Origin: Centroscyllium fabricii
Lineage: Eukaryota
Length of the DNA: 64,000 nucleotides
Reading direction: 5' to 3'
Assembly (NCBI GenBank): GCA_051313645.2
Contig: JBNRSN020000006.1
Span: 168,640,001 to 168,704,000, forward strand
A model generated the notes under the pieces. It was not told the origin of the DNA, made no database searches, and saw nothing but the letters and a program-made list of their open reading frames with translations. Below, one piece after another: positions 40,796 to 49,471 of the stretch. A program made the position numbers and the translations under genes. How positions within the stretch are numbered: the stretch's first letter is position 1; the number at the start of each line of letters is the position of its first letter.

Positions 40796-41386
40796 TCCAA
40801 TCGAGGGTTTGATGTGAAGTGGTTGAACCAGTGACCCAGACGAAAGGACTGAGGGAATTGGCCAGCAAAGTGAGTATATTTAGTTAAATTGCCACTTTGT
40901 TTTCCCAACTGTCTTGAAACTTTGAGTCCATATCACCACTGAAACATCACCCCGAGACGGAATCCGAATCAGTCAGTTGTCAGAGTGATTAGAAAGAAAA
41001 CCCAACGAAAGCATCCTGTGGTAAGTAGTAAACCGTGAATCTCGTCAGAGTAGGTACTAAAAGGATACGGTAAAAAGACCGTGAGGAGACCCGTCTGGGC
41101 AGGTTAAAGGAGGAATTCTGAGTGTCGGAAAAATTTGAAGGTTTAAAGGCTGAACCGAGGAAGGAAAAGAATCCCGTCAGGGTGCACTCCCATAAAGAGA
41201 GAGAGTGTTTAAATTGGGGAAGAGCCCACATTCGGAAAAGAGACACTGTGATTGGAAATACAGGAATCCTCCAAGGTAGGAAAAGACTGATCAGCATTTA
41301 AAAAAAAAAAAAAAAGGTAAAACTGTTATTACATTAAATAAGGACCTCACTCGTAGGGGTGAGGAATTGACGGAGTATATAGACAT

Positions 41387-41539
41387 ATGTATTTAGTAAT
41401 TGTTTTTCTTATAATTATAATTATCCTGGTTCTTTTGTTGATTATCTGGTTGATTGAAAAACGTAATTATCACTGTGTCCCAATTGTCGGTAAAACCAAA
41501 CTTAAACCAGCTCAGGAACCCTTAACTACCAATGGGTAA
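41387..41539 (+). CDS. Putative 50-aa pre-gag membrane micro-ORF
   Basis: Manual translation MYLVIVFLIIIIILVLLLIIWLIEKRNYHCVPIVGKTKLKPAQEPLTTNG*; overlaps the gag ATG by 8 nt; shorter than any ORF in the supplied track. Confidence 0.45.
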   Translation: MYLVIVFLIIIIILVLLLIIWLIEKRNYHCVPIVGKTKLKPAQEPLTTNG

Positions 41540-42560
41540 TATTCAGGACACTTGCACGGACCCATCCCGACCCTTACAACAGTTATGTAACATACATCCT
41601 GAGAAAGGGGTGGACTTTAGACAATTGTCCGCAGGACTGAGTAAAAAATTAGGACTTGAAATCTGGCCAGAGGGAGGATCTAAGGATCTAGATGTTGTTC
41701 AACGAGCTTAAGAGTTATTATGGAGTAAATCAATAGGAACTGGAAAATATAGGAAACTAATCAAACATTCTCACTTGGTCCAAGCTATTACCACCTTTTA
41801 TTTATCTTTTATTTCTCCAAAAGTAACCCAATATACCTATATTGTGCTCGTTGAAATTAGACAACTGTCTGTGGAAAGGGTTAACTGCTCTGCAGATTTT
41901 TGGAAGGTGGAGCTAAACAATCATGGCACACATGAGCACGTGACTTCACGTATCAAACTGCTTTGGAAAAAGGTTACCATAGCAACCGCAAGGTTACAAC
42001 TTCTGGAAACTTCAATCTTTAGTCGTTCTTTTCAGTGTCTTTTTTTAAATACAAGATTAAACTTAAATTAGTTCAAAGTTTTTCAATTCTAGAGGCACAA
42101 TCTTATAATTTTACAAAATCCAAAACAAGACAAAGGAGCTAGCTTCTTTTAACTCAGAAGTGGGAGGAGCTAAAACAAACATACCAGAATCTTCAAGCTG
42201 AAAAAAAAAAGAAAAAACCAGATTAGAAAGAGAGAAAACCCTCAAAGACAGTTGGCAACACAATGCCTTAAAATTAGGAATTGCCCTAACCACCGGAGCC
42301 GGTGAGAAGTCAGCTGAAATATTAAAGAAGGAATGTGCAATAGCCAAATACCAGAAAAGTAGTGAAACTGAAAAAGAAAAAGTTCAAGAAGACTTACGTA
42401 AGTCAATGGTTGGCATGAGCCTTCAAGGGGATGATGAGAATTTTATGGGTGATTTACCAATAACGTATCAGTCCCTCTACCCACCTTTTCCCCTTCCCGC
42501 TCCTGTTCTTCTTGCTCCTGCCCCTCCTAATGACCCTGACCCCGTCTTAGTCCCACCATT
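41532..42560 (+). pseudogene. gag: ERV gag remnant (MA, coiled coil, Pro-rich region); disrupted and truncated
   Basis: MGN myristoylation start and WPEGGS matrix motif; in-frame TAA after ...VVQRA; frameshift at an A-run (~42201); SLYPPFPLPAP; CA and NC absent. Confidence 0.8.
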
Positions 42561-44086
42561 TAATAAGTGCCTGCAGATTAGCTGAAGACAAATCTGTTAA
42601 CATTTACACTGACTCTAGATACGCCTTCGGCGTGGTCCATGACTTTGGACAGTTATGGAAGAATAGAGGATTTCTCACCTCATCAGGAACACCTATTTCC
42701 AACCAATTACTAGTCTCCCAATTGTTAGAAGCCTTGCAGTTACCCCTTCAGATAGCAGTTATTAAATGTGCAGCACACACTTCTGGTAATACACCCGTAC
42801 AAATTGGTAATCGTAATGCCGACTTTGCAGCAAAGGCAGCGGCTAAGGGGCCAAAAATTGTGGTTCCCCAGATGATGATACAATCTAAAAGTTCACAGTT
42901 GAACAAGGAGGTCCCGAGAAAACCTATGCCAACCATCCAAGAGGTTCTTAACCTACAGGGGGACGCTCCTGATGCGCAAAGAAATGAATGGGCCTTGCAC
43001 GATTGTAAGCAAGAGCTATCTGGCCTCTGGACTACTCCAGTAGGTCAGACCTGTATGACTGATACTTTAGCTTTTTGGGTTCTCGATTGTATACATCTGG
43101 CAACTCATTGTGGTGCAAAACAGACTACGGATGCGTTGCTCCACACTTGGTGGCATCCACGTCTAAAACAGTTGGCTGATAAAATCAGCAACCGATGTCT
43201 CACCTGTGCTACATTTAATCCTGGCAAAGGAACCATTTGCCAGGCTGGGAAAACCCCACTACCTCAAGGTCCCTTTGAGACCTTGCAAATGGATTACATT
43301 GAGTTGCCCAGATGTCACTGTTATAAATATGTTCTTGTTATTGTTGATGTTTTCTCAAAATGGATTGAAGCCTATCCTACTGTTGATAACAAAGCCACCA
43401 CGGTTGTTAAAGTTCTTCTGCGAGAAATTATTCCCAGGTATGGCATACCCGCCAGACTCAGTTCAGACAATGGACCCCACTTTATCGGGGCGATCAATAA
43501 GGAAATGTGCCTCCAATTAGGCATTAATCAACAGCTCCATTGTGCCTATCGACCCCAAGCAGCAGGATTGGTTGAAAGAATGAACCAAACCTTAAAGACC
43601 AAGCTTGGCAAATTACAGGACCAAACAGGTTCTACCTGGCTTAAACTCCTACCTATTGCTCTTTTTCAAATCCGTGTTACCCCAGCTGGGGCCAGCAGAT
43701 TATCACCAGCAGAAATTGTTTACGGACGCCCACTCCGTACCCCTTGGACTGATGTCACCCCTGCTCCTGTACAATTTCACCACATGACTGAGGAAATGAC
43801 CACTTATGTTCTTTCTCTAACCAAAGCTCTCAAAATTGCTCACTCACAGGTTAGAGCTGCCTTCGGTGAATCAATCAATATCCCTGAGTCAACAGCAATC
43901 ACTCCAGGTTCATTTGTTCTGGTTAAAAACTTTGCACGTAAGCACTCGCTTGAACCTCGCTGGGAAGGTCCGTTCCAGGTACTACTAACTACCCCTACAG
44001 CTGCCAAAGTTGAAGGTCGCTCAGCATGGATCCACTTTCACCACTGTAAAGTGATTGGACAAGGCCAATCAAAGGGGGGAGAGTAA
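42560..44086 (+). CDS. pol: ERV pol remnant: C-terminal RNase H plus intact integrase
   Basis: VNIYTDSRYAFGVVHDFG, KCAAH, GNRNAD; HHCC finger; LQMDY / SSDNGPHF / GLVERMN DDE triad; WEGPFQVLLTTPTA. No protease or RT upstream. Confidence 0.93.
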   Translation, partial: LISACRLAEDKSVNIYTDSRYAFGVVHDFGQLWKNRGFLTSSGTPISNQLLVSQLLEALQLPLQIAVIKCAAHTSGNTPVQIGNRNADFAAKAAAKGPKIVVPQMMIQSKSSQLNKEVPRKPMPTIQEVLNLQGDAPDAQRNEWALHDCKQELSGLWTTPVGQTCMTDTLAFWVLDCIHLATHCGAKQTTDALLHTWWHPRLKQLADKISNRCLTCATFNPGKGTICQAGKTPLPQGPFETLQMDYIELPRCHCYKYVLVIVDVFSKWIEAYPTVDNKATTVVKVLLREIIPRYGIPARLSSDNGPHFIGAINKEMCLQLGINQQLHCAYRPQAAGLVERMNQTLKTKLGKLQDQTGSTWLKLLPIALFQIRVTPAGASRLSPAEIVYGRPLRTPWTDVTPAPVQFHHMTEEMTTYVLSLTKALKIAHSQVRAAFGESINIPESTAITPGSFVLVKNFARKHSLEPRWEGPFQVLLTTPTAAKVEGRSAWIHFHHCKVIGQGQSKGGE

Positions 44087-44316
44087 TAGTAAAAAGTGAT
44101 AGATTATGAAGTGAAAATGAACTGTTAAATGACCGATATCCGAATATTATGATTATATTTGTTTTAATTAATGTGTAGTTGGTATTTGTGATAATCATTA
44201 CTTACCTGACCCACCTCAAATAGCCCGCCCAGAAGAAAATGAAGAACTAGAAATGGTCCGACAATAGACCAAGCCACTGATACTGTTATTAAGTTTTGTA
44301 TTATAGATAAACCACG

Positions 44317-46422
44317 ATGAGCCTGACATACCTACTACTATGTGTTCTGATGCTGCTATTATCGGTGGAGATCAAAGGAAGAATAAAAAGATGCAAGCCC
44401 GGAAAGAAAATAATCCACCTATGTAAAGAAGACATAGCATCTTGTGAAGACCCCTCAGACGCTTTGGGATCGTGGAATGTCACCAAGAAAGATTTTTGCA
44501 ATGGACTGTTGACTCAATTCGACCAACAGGTCGAATTGAACGATAGACACTTCTGGACATTACCCTGTTACTTTTACAAATGCAAATATGATTTCACCTG
44601 TGAGGGGAATCGGAGCGAAGACAAGGTGTATAAGGAGCGGTTACTTGACGGGTTGTGTTGGAAAGAAGCTTTAGAAAGTCGGAACCTAGAGGTACAGGAA
44701 AGGGCTAGGCAGTCGAGAATTATTGATGCGACCAAGCTAAAACGCCGATCAGTGTCGAACTGGCACTCTTGGGATAACAACCAGTTCGTGCAGGCTTACC
44801 GAAAGATGTTTTATAATTCAACTGCATGTTACCCCTCCCTGTCTTTTTCTGATTTATTTACCCCAATCCCGCTCCCTGACCCCACCGAGTACTTGGTACA
44901 GGAGTTCGAAGAAAAGCCGCATACAAACGTTACCAAGGAGATAACCCTTAGAATGACTGCTACCTGTCTGAATGGCACGGGAAACAATGCCAATGTCAGC
45001 TATCCCTTTTGCTGGAATGGTACGGGTTATGGGTGTGCTGTAGTATGGGTACCAACCAACCTCACCTGTATTTATGATAGAACAAAGTATCAGTGCAACA
45101 AAGACGTCAAAACAGGAGAGGTTAACTGTCACCCGCACCAGCATTGTCTAAATCTTACTGGGGGAGGCCCTCAATTGGTGTGTGGGAATGCTAATCAGAC
45201 CCACATGACCATAGGTGAGCATAAGCTGACCATCATGCCTCGATTCGGTGATTCCAATAAAGGTGCAACCCCATTTGTACAACCTCTGTGTCCTGGATGG
45301 AACGGCATGGAGTTTGTCGTACCCGTCCCAGCTAAAGGCTTTAGGTACGGTGAGCATCTGTGGATAGCCCATCACCTGAAGACAGCCTTTACTAAGAAAT
45401 GTAACCAACCGGTAAAAAAAACTGGGGTAGTATACACTAAGAACGACTATTGGTTCTTTTATCAAGGGAAGGACGGTAAAGGAAAGGCTAGCAACTTTCT
45501 GGTTCCAAATGATCCTGATGGACCCACTCGGGTGGCTGTGGGAATGGTTGCACCACTAACAGTCCCGTGCCCCACTGAGTGGAAGAGACCTCCGCGGTAT
45601 TCTTGGTCAGATAGATTGAAGCGCGATGTTTACAAGGAATTTTGTGCCGACTGGGACGATCCTCAGCCCATTGGTGGCGGGGGACATGTGTTCGGTTACG
45701 CACTAGGATCGTTGTTTTCCTTGGGAGCATCCGCTGGGGCAGAAGCAGCTGAAAACCGAAACTATCTGTCTTGTGGGTTGACAATAGTAGGCAACGAAAC
45801 CCGGGATGCCATTGCGATAATCAGAAAAAGTTTAAGTGATCTTAGGGCTTTCACTTACCAAAACCGTTATGCCCTAGACTACCTCCTAGCCAGGGAAGGT
45901 GGAGTATGTGCCATAGTCCAAGGTACCTGCATTATGGGAGTTGAAGACAGATCAGAGGATCTGCTAAAGATTGAGGATAATCTAAGCACATGGTTGAGTG
46001 GAATGACGGAGGGAAAAGGATGGGGAGATTGGGGATTTGGTGGATGGTACGACTGGATTATTAATGTATTGATTTACCTTGGTATGATTGTATGTTGTAT
46101 TTTTGTTGGAATTGCTGTTTTAAAGTGTGTATTAAGCCGGATGATGAAAGCTGTGTCAGGCATTGGTAAAACCCCAAAAATGTTGTTATTACGTATAAAC
46201 TCGCCAAATTCACTGTATGTCCCCCTGAATCAACATGAAGTCACCAAATATGACAAACCCGAAGAAGAAGACGAAGATGTCTACAAGAACTTAACCAAGG
46301 AGGATAAACTAATCCGAGCAGCAGAAATCAAACAAGTGATACTGCTGGAGATCGAGGAAAGAGAAAACCGACGTTTAAATGACGAACTTCCCGGAGAGCC
46401 CACTTTTGGGGTGAAAGGGTAA
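44317..46422 (+). CDS. env: Intact 701-aa retroviral envelope glycoprotein with filovirus-GP2-like TM subunit
   Basis: Signal peptide; N-glycosylation sequons; RLKR furin site (aa 433-436); immunosuppressive-domain motif QNRYALDYLLAREGGVC; CX6C; Trp-rich membrane-proximal region; TM helix; ~95-aa tail. Acceptor TTTTGTATTATAG ends at 44306; start context CCACGATG. Confidence 0.95.
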   Translation: MSLTYLLLCVLMLLLSVEIKGRIKRCKPGKKIIHLCKEDIASCEDPSDALGSWNVTKKDFCNGLLTQFDQQVELNDRHFWTLPCYFYKCKYDFTCEGNRSEDKVYKERLLDGLCWKEALESRNLEVQERARQSRIIDATKLKRRSVSNWHSWDNNQFVQAYRKMFYNSTACYPSLSFSDLFTPIPLPDPTEYLVQEFEEKPHTNVTKEITLRMTATCLNGTGNNANVSYPFCWNGTGYGCAVVWVPTNLTCIYDRTKYQCNKDVKTGEVNCHPHQHCLNLTGGGPQLVCGNANQTHMTIGEHKLTIMPRFGDSNKGATPFVQPLCPGWNGMEFVVPVPAKGFRYGEHLWIAHHLKTAFTKKCNQPVKKTGVVYTKNDYWFFYQGKDGKGKASNFLVPNDPDGPTRVAVGMVAPLTVPCPTEWKRPPRYSWSDRLKRDVYKEFCADWDDPQPIGGGGHVFGYALGSLFSLGASAGAEAAENRNYLSCGLTIVGNETRDAIAIIRKSLSDLRAFTYQNRYALDYLLAREGGVCAIVQGTCIMGVEDRSEDLLKIEDNLSTWLSGMTEGKGWGDWGFGGWYDWIINVLIYLGMIVCCIFVGIAVLKCVLSRMMKAVSGIGKTPKMLLLRINSPNSLYVPLNQHEVTKYDKPEEEDEDVYKNLTKEDKLIRAAEIKQVILLEIEERENRRLNDELPGEPTFGVKG

Positions 46423-46518
46423 AAAATCTTTTGCCCACCTTGTAAGAAACACCCCAAAGGGACGAAGAAGAACAGATGAAGAAAAATTATGGACTAATGA
46501 TGTTGCCATGAAAATGAC

Positions 46519-46531
46519 AAAAGGGGGGAAA
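46519..46531 (+). promoter_or_regulatory. Polypurine tract
   Basis: AAAAGGGGGGAAA immediately before the 3' LTR. Confidence 0.9.
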
Positions 46532-47545
46532 TGAGGAAATATACTTTGAACGGACACTCATTTTGGACACTTGTCTATGAAACATGGCAACCATGTTTGG
46601 TTTCAGCCCGACTCTGAAGGGTTAAATAGTCTTGCTTTTAAATAAAAACTGTGCCTTTTCTATGTGAAAAGCAGTATTTGAAATACTGTGGAATGTTTAG
46701 AAAAGCAACCCAGTCAACCACGCATCTAGCCCCATACTTCTATCTTGATAAGATAACCTTTTGCTGTGATCTCTTCAGGGCAGAGAGACATTACTTTGTG
46801 AAGGTATCATTTTACCCCTGAAAACTATAAGCCGTTTGTTTTTCCTGAGAGAAATAATCAATCTTGTTGGGATATAAAAACAAGTGGAGAATCTACTTTG
46901 CTTTTCTATGATAAGCAATAGATTAGTTCCAACCCTACAAAAATATCTCGTAAGCAATAGATCAGTTCAAACCAATACCCAAAATATCTCAGTACTGATA
47001 ACTGATAACCTGGTTGCACTAAAAGGTCAGTTAGAATATTTGAATTCTGCCTTTCTCGAAAGAAGCAGTAAATTAGTTTGATACCAAAAACAACTTCTAA
47101 GGAACTTCTAAGACTTACATTTAAGCAGTAAAATATTTTCAGCAATAAATTAGTTTTGGTAATAAATTGGTACCAAAACATCTCTCTGACCTATCTGATC
47201 TTTCTTTGATGTACGCATATGCGAGCCATTTGGAGGTTGTTATGTTTGATCGTGATATATTGAGAATTGATCAGCCCATGTTTTTAATGCCCTTTTTACT
47301 GTATATAAGTCGCTCTGAAACCTAGCCAAGTCAGTGAATCTTCCGGAGGGAAGATTGACTCCTTGGGCTAACATATGTGACCATTAGAAGTTGTGATCAG
47401 ACTTGGTCGACTTTCTGTTGAGACCCTGGTATAATAAAGAAGGGTTTTTGTTTGTATCTAACTGTGTTGTGTTTTCTTACTGCTGACAAACTCGACAATT
47501 ACCAGCGAGGGTACGGAAGACTCTATAGAAAGGGTCAGCTCGACA
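46532..47545 (+). repeat. ERV 3' LTR
   Basis: 1014 bp; by eye identical to the 5' LTR except for one extra C (TTTTTCCTGAG vs TTTTTCTGAG). Confidence 0.97.
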
Positions 47546-47790
47546 TGGGAGGAAACCAAAGCACCCGGAGGAAACCCACGCAGACACGAGGAGAATGTGC
47601 AAACTCCACACAGATAGTACCCGAGGCTGGATTTGAACCCGGGTCTCCAGTGCTGTAAGGCAACAGTGCTAACCACTGTGCCACCGTGCCGCCCTGTGGC
47701 TTTCACTTAGGCACTCGACAGCCCTCTGGACTAAGCAGAGTTCAACAATTTTAGATCATAACCTCAGCCCCGGTCACATTTTTATATATA

Positions 47791-48514
47791 CAGGTTGAAC
47801 ACCATTATACCGTCACGGGCGGGGCTAGGCCTGCGCCAGTACAGCGAAAAAACCGGAAGAATGAAGCCTGCCAGCACCATTCAAAATGGACGCGCGCATG
47901 CGCACAACATTGGAAATGGCCGCCGGAAGTTTTGATCACCTGCAGGCCTGAGTGAAATGAGTGAAAGCCTGATCTTACAAACCCATCCGCAGGAGGATCA
48001 TTTTATATTAAAAAGCGGATTCACCGACAGCTCAAAATTCACACAAACTCGTTTCTCATTTCCTCGCCTAAAACATGTCACTGCCATCTGACAGCAACAA
48101 AGTCCCTTCTTCCTCACCTGTTGCAGGTAAAACTCGGCGACTCACTCACTTGTAACAGGTTTAATAAGATGAGGTACACGTGGTTATCTACCAATCTCTC
48201 ACACCAATTTTTAAAGCTTCGTCCAGCCCCATAGCGCTGGCTGGCTGCACTGTGCTGGCCCCACTCAGGAAAGGCCCCTCTCCGATAAATCGCCCTGACT
48301 GCCATGTGCATGCGCAAAATTGCCGCCGCGATCGATGCTTCCGGCGGCCATTTTGAATGATCTACGCATGCGTTCGGCGGTGCATGCGCAGATCATTCGC
48401 TGAAGCATCGATCGCGGAGGCCATTTTGCGCATGTGCAGGGCAGTCGGGGCGATTTATGCTGGACGACTGAAGTTGCCGGCTTTTCGGTTACCGGATTAA
48501 CGGTGCTCAACCTG
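47791..48514. mobile_element. Tigger/pogo-like MITE (copy 3)
   Basis: TA TSD; CAGGTTGAACACC ... GGTGCTCAACCTG termini. Confidence 0.8.
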
Positions 48515-49471
48515 TATATATTTTTTCTCTTTTTTCAATCAACACTTTTGTCTGGGCTTTTTGCTTCTCTCTGCCAGAGCCGTTCACACCTCCTAGAGCC
48601 ATCCTGTGTTCCTTGAATTTCTCGTAAAGGCCAATTCATTAAATATATTCAAGAAGGAGTTAGATATATTTCTTAAGGCTAAAGGGATATGGAGGGAAGG
48701 CAGGAACAGGGTACTGAATTTGGATGATCAGCCCTGATCTCATTGAATGGCGGAGCAGGCTCGAGGGGCCGAACGGCCTACTCCTGCTCCTATCTTCTAT
48801 GTAAGTAACATATGCTGTGGATAAAGGGGAACCGGTGGATGTACTGTACTTAGATTTCCAGAAGGCATTTGATAAGGTGCCACATCAAAGGTTATTGTGG
48901 AAAAAAGCTCATGGTGTAGGGGGTAGAAGATTGGCTAGCTAACAGGAAACAAAGCGTAGGCATAAATTTTTTGGTTGGCAAGATGTAACGAGTGGCGTGC
49001 CACAGGGATTACTGCTGCGGCCTCAACTTTTTACAATTGATATAAATGACTTGGATGAAGGGACCGAAGTTATGGTTGCTAAATTTGCTGATGACACAAA
49101 GATAGGTAGGAAAGTAAATTGTAAAGAGGACATAAGGAGGCTACAAAGGGATATAGATAGGTTAAGTGAGTGGGCAAAGATCTGGCAAATGGAGTATAAT
49201 GTAGGAAAATGCGAAACTGCCCATTTTGGCAGGAAGAATAAAAAAGCATATTATCTAAATGGAGAGAGATTGCAGAGCTCGGAGATGCAGAGGGATCTGG
49301 GTGTCCCAGTGCATGAATCACAAAAGGGTAGTATGCAGGTGCAGCAAGTAATTAGGAAAGCTAATAGAATGTCATCATTTATTGCGAGGGGAATTGAATA
49401 CAAAAGTAGGGAGGTTATGCTTCAGTTATACAGAGCATTGGTGAGACCACATCTGGAGTACTGTGTATAGT

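Larger units (their letters stand above)
39762..47545 (+). mobile_element. Young internally deleted endogenous retrovirus (class I, gamma/epsilon-like pol), antisense to YTHDF3
   Basis: Two ~1.01-kb TG...CA LTRs, 4-bp TSD TGGG (39758-39761, 47546-47549), PBS, PPT, gag remnant, RNase H-IN and env. Confidence 0.97.
39512..47694 (-). mobile_element. HE1-like V-SINE split in two by the ERV (39512-39761 and 47546-47694)
   Basis: TGGACTGTGGG|...|TGGGAGGAAACC..AGCACCCGGAGGAAACCCACGCAGACACG rejoins the V-domain; tRNA-like head at 47630-47694; CR1-like tail at 39512-39595. Confidence 0.88.

Noticed and set aside
44317-46422. Env as a non-retroviral endogenous filovirus element
   Set aside because: It lies in normal env position between integrase and PPT/LTR. 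No NP, VP35 or L-like sequence was seen, and SU is not recognisably GP1-like.
44317-46422. Domesticated syncytin-like gene
   Set aside because: Near-identical LTRs indicate a very recent insertion, so an intact ORF is not evidence of host co-option.
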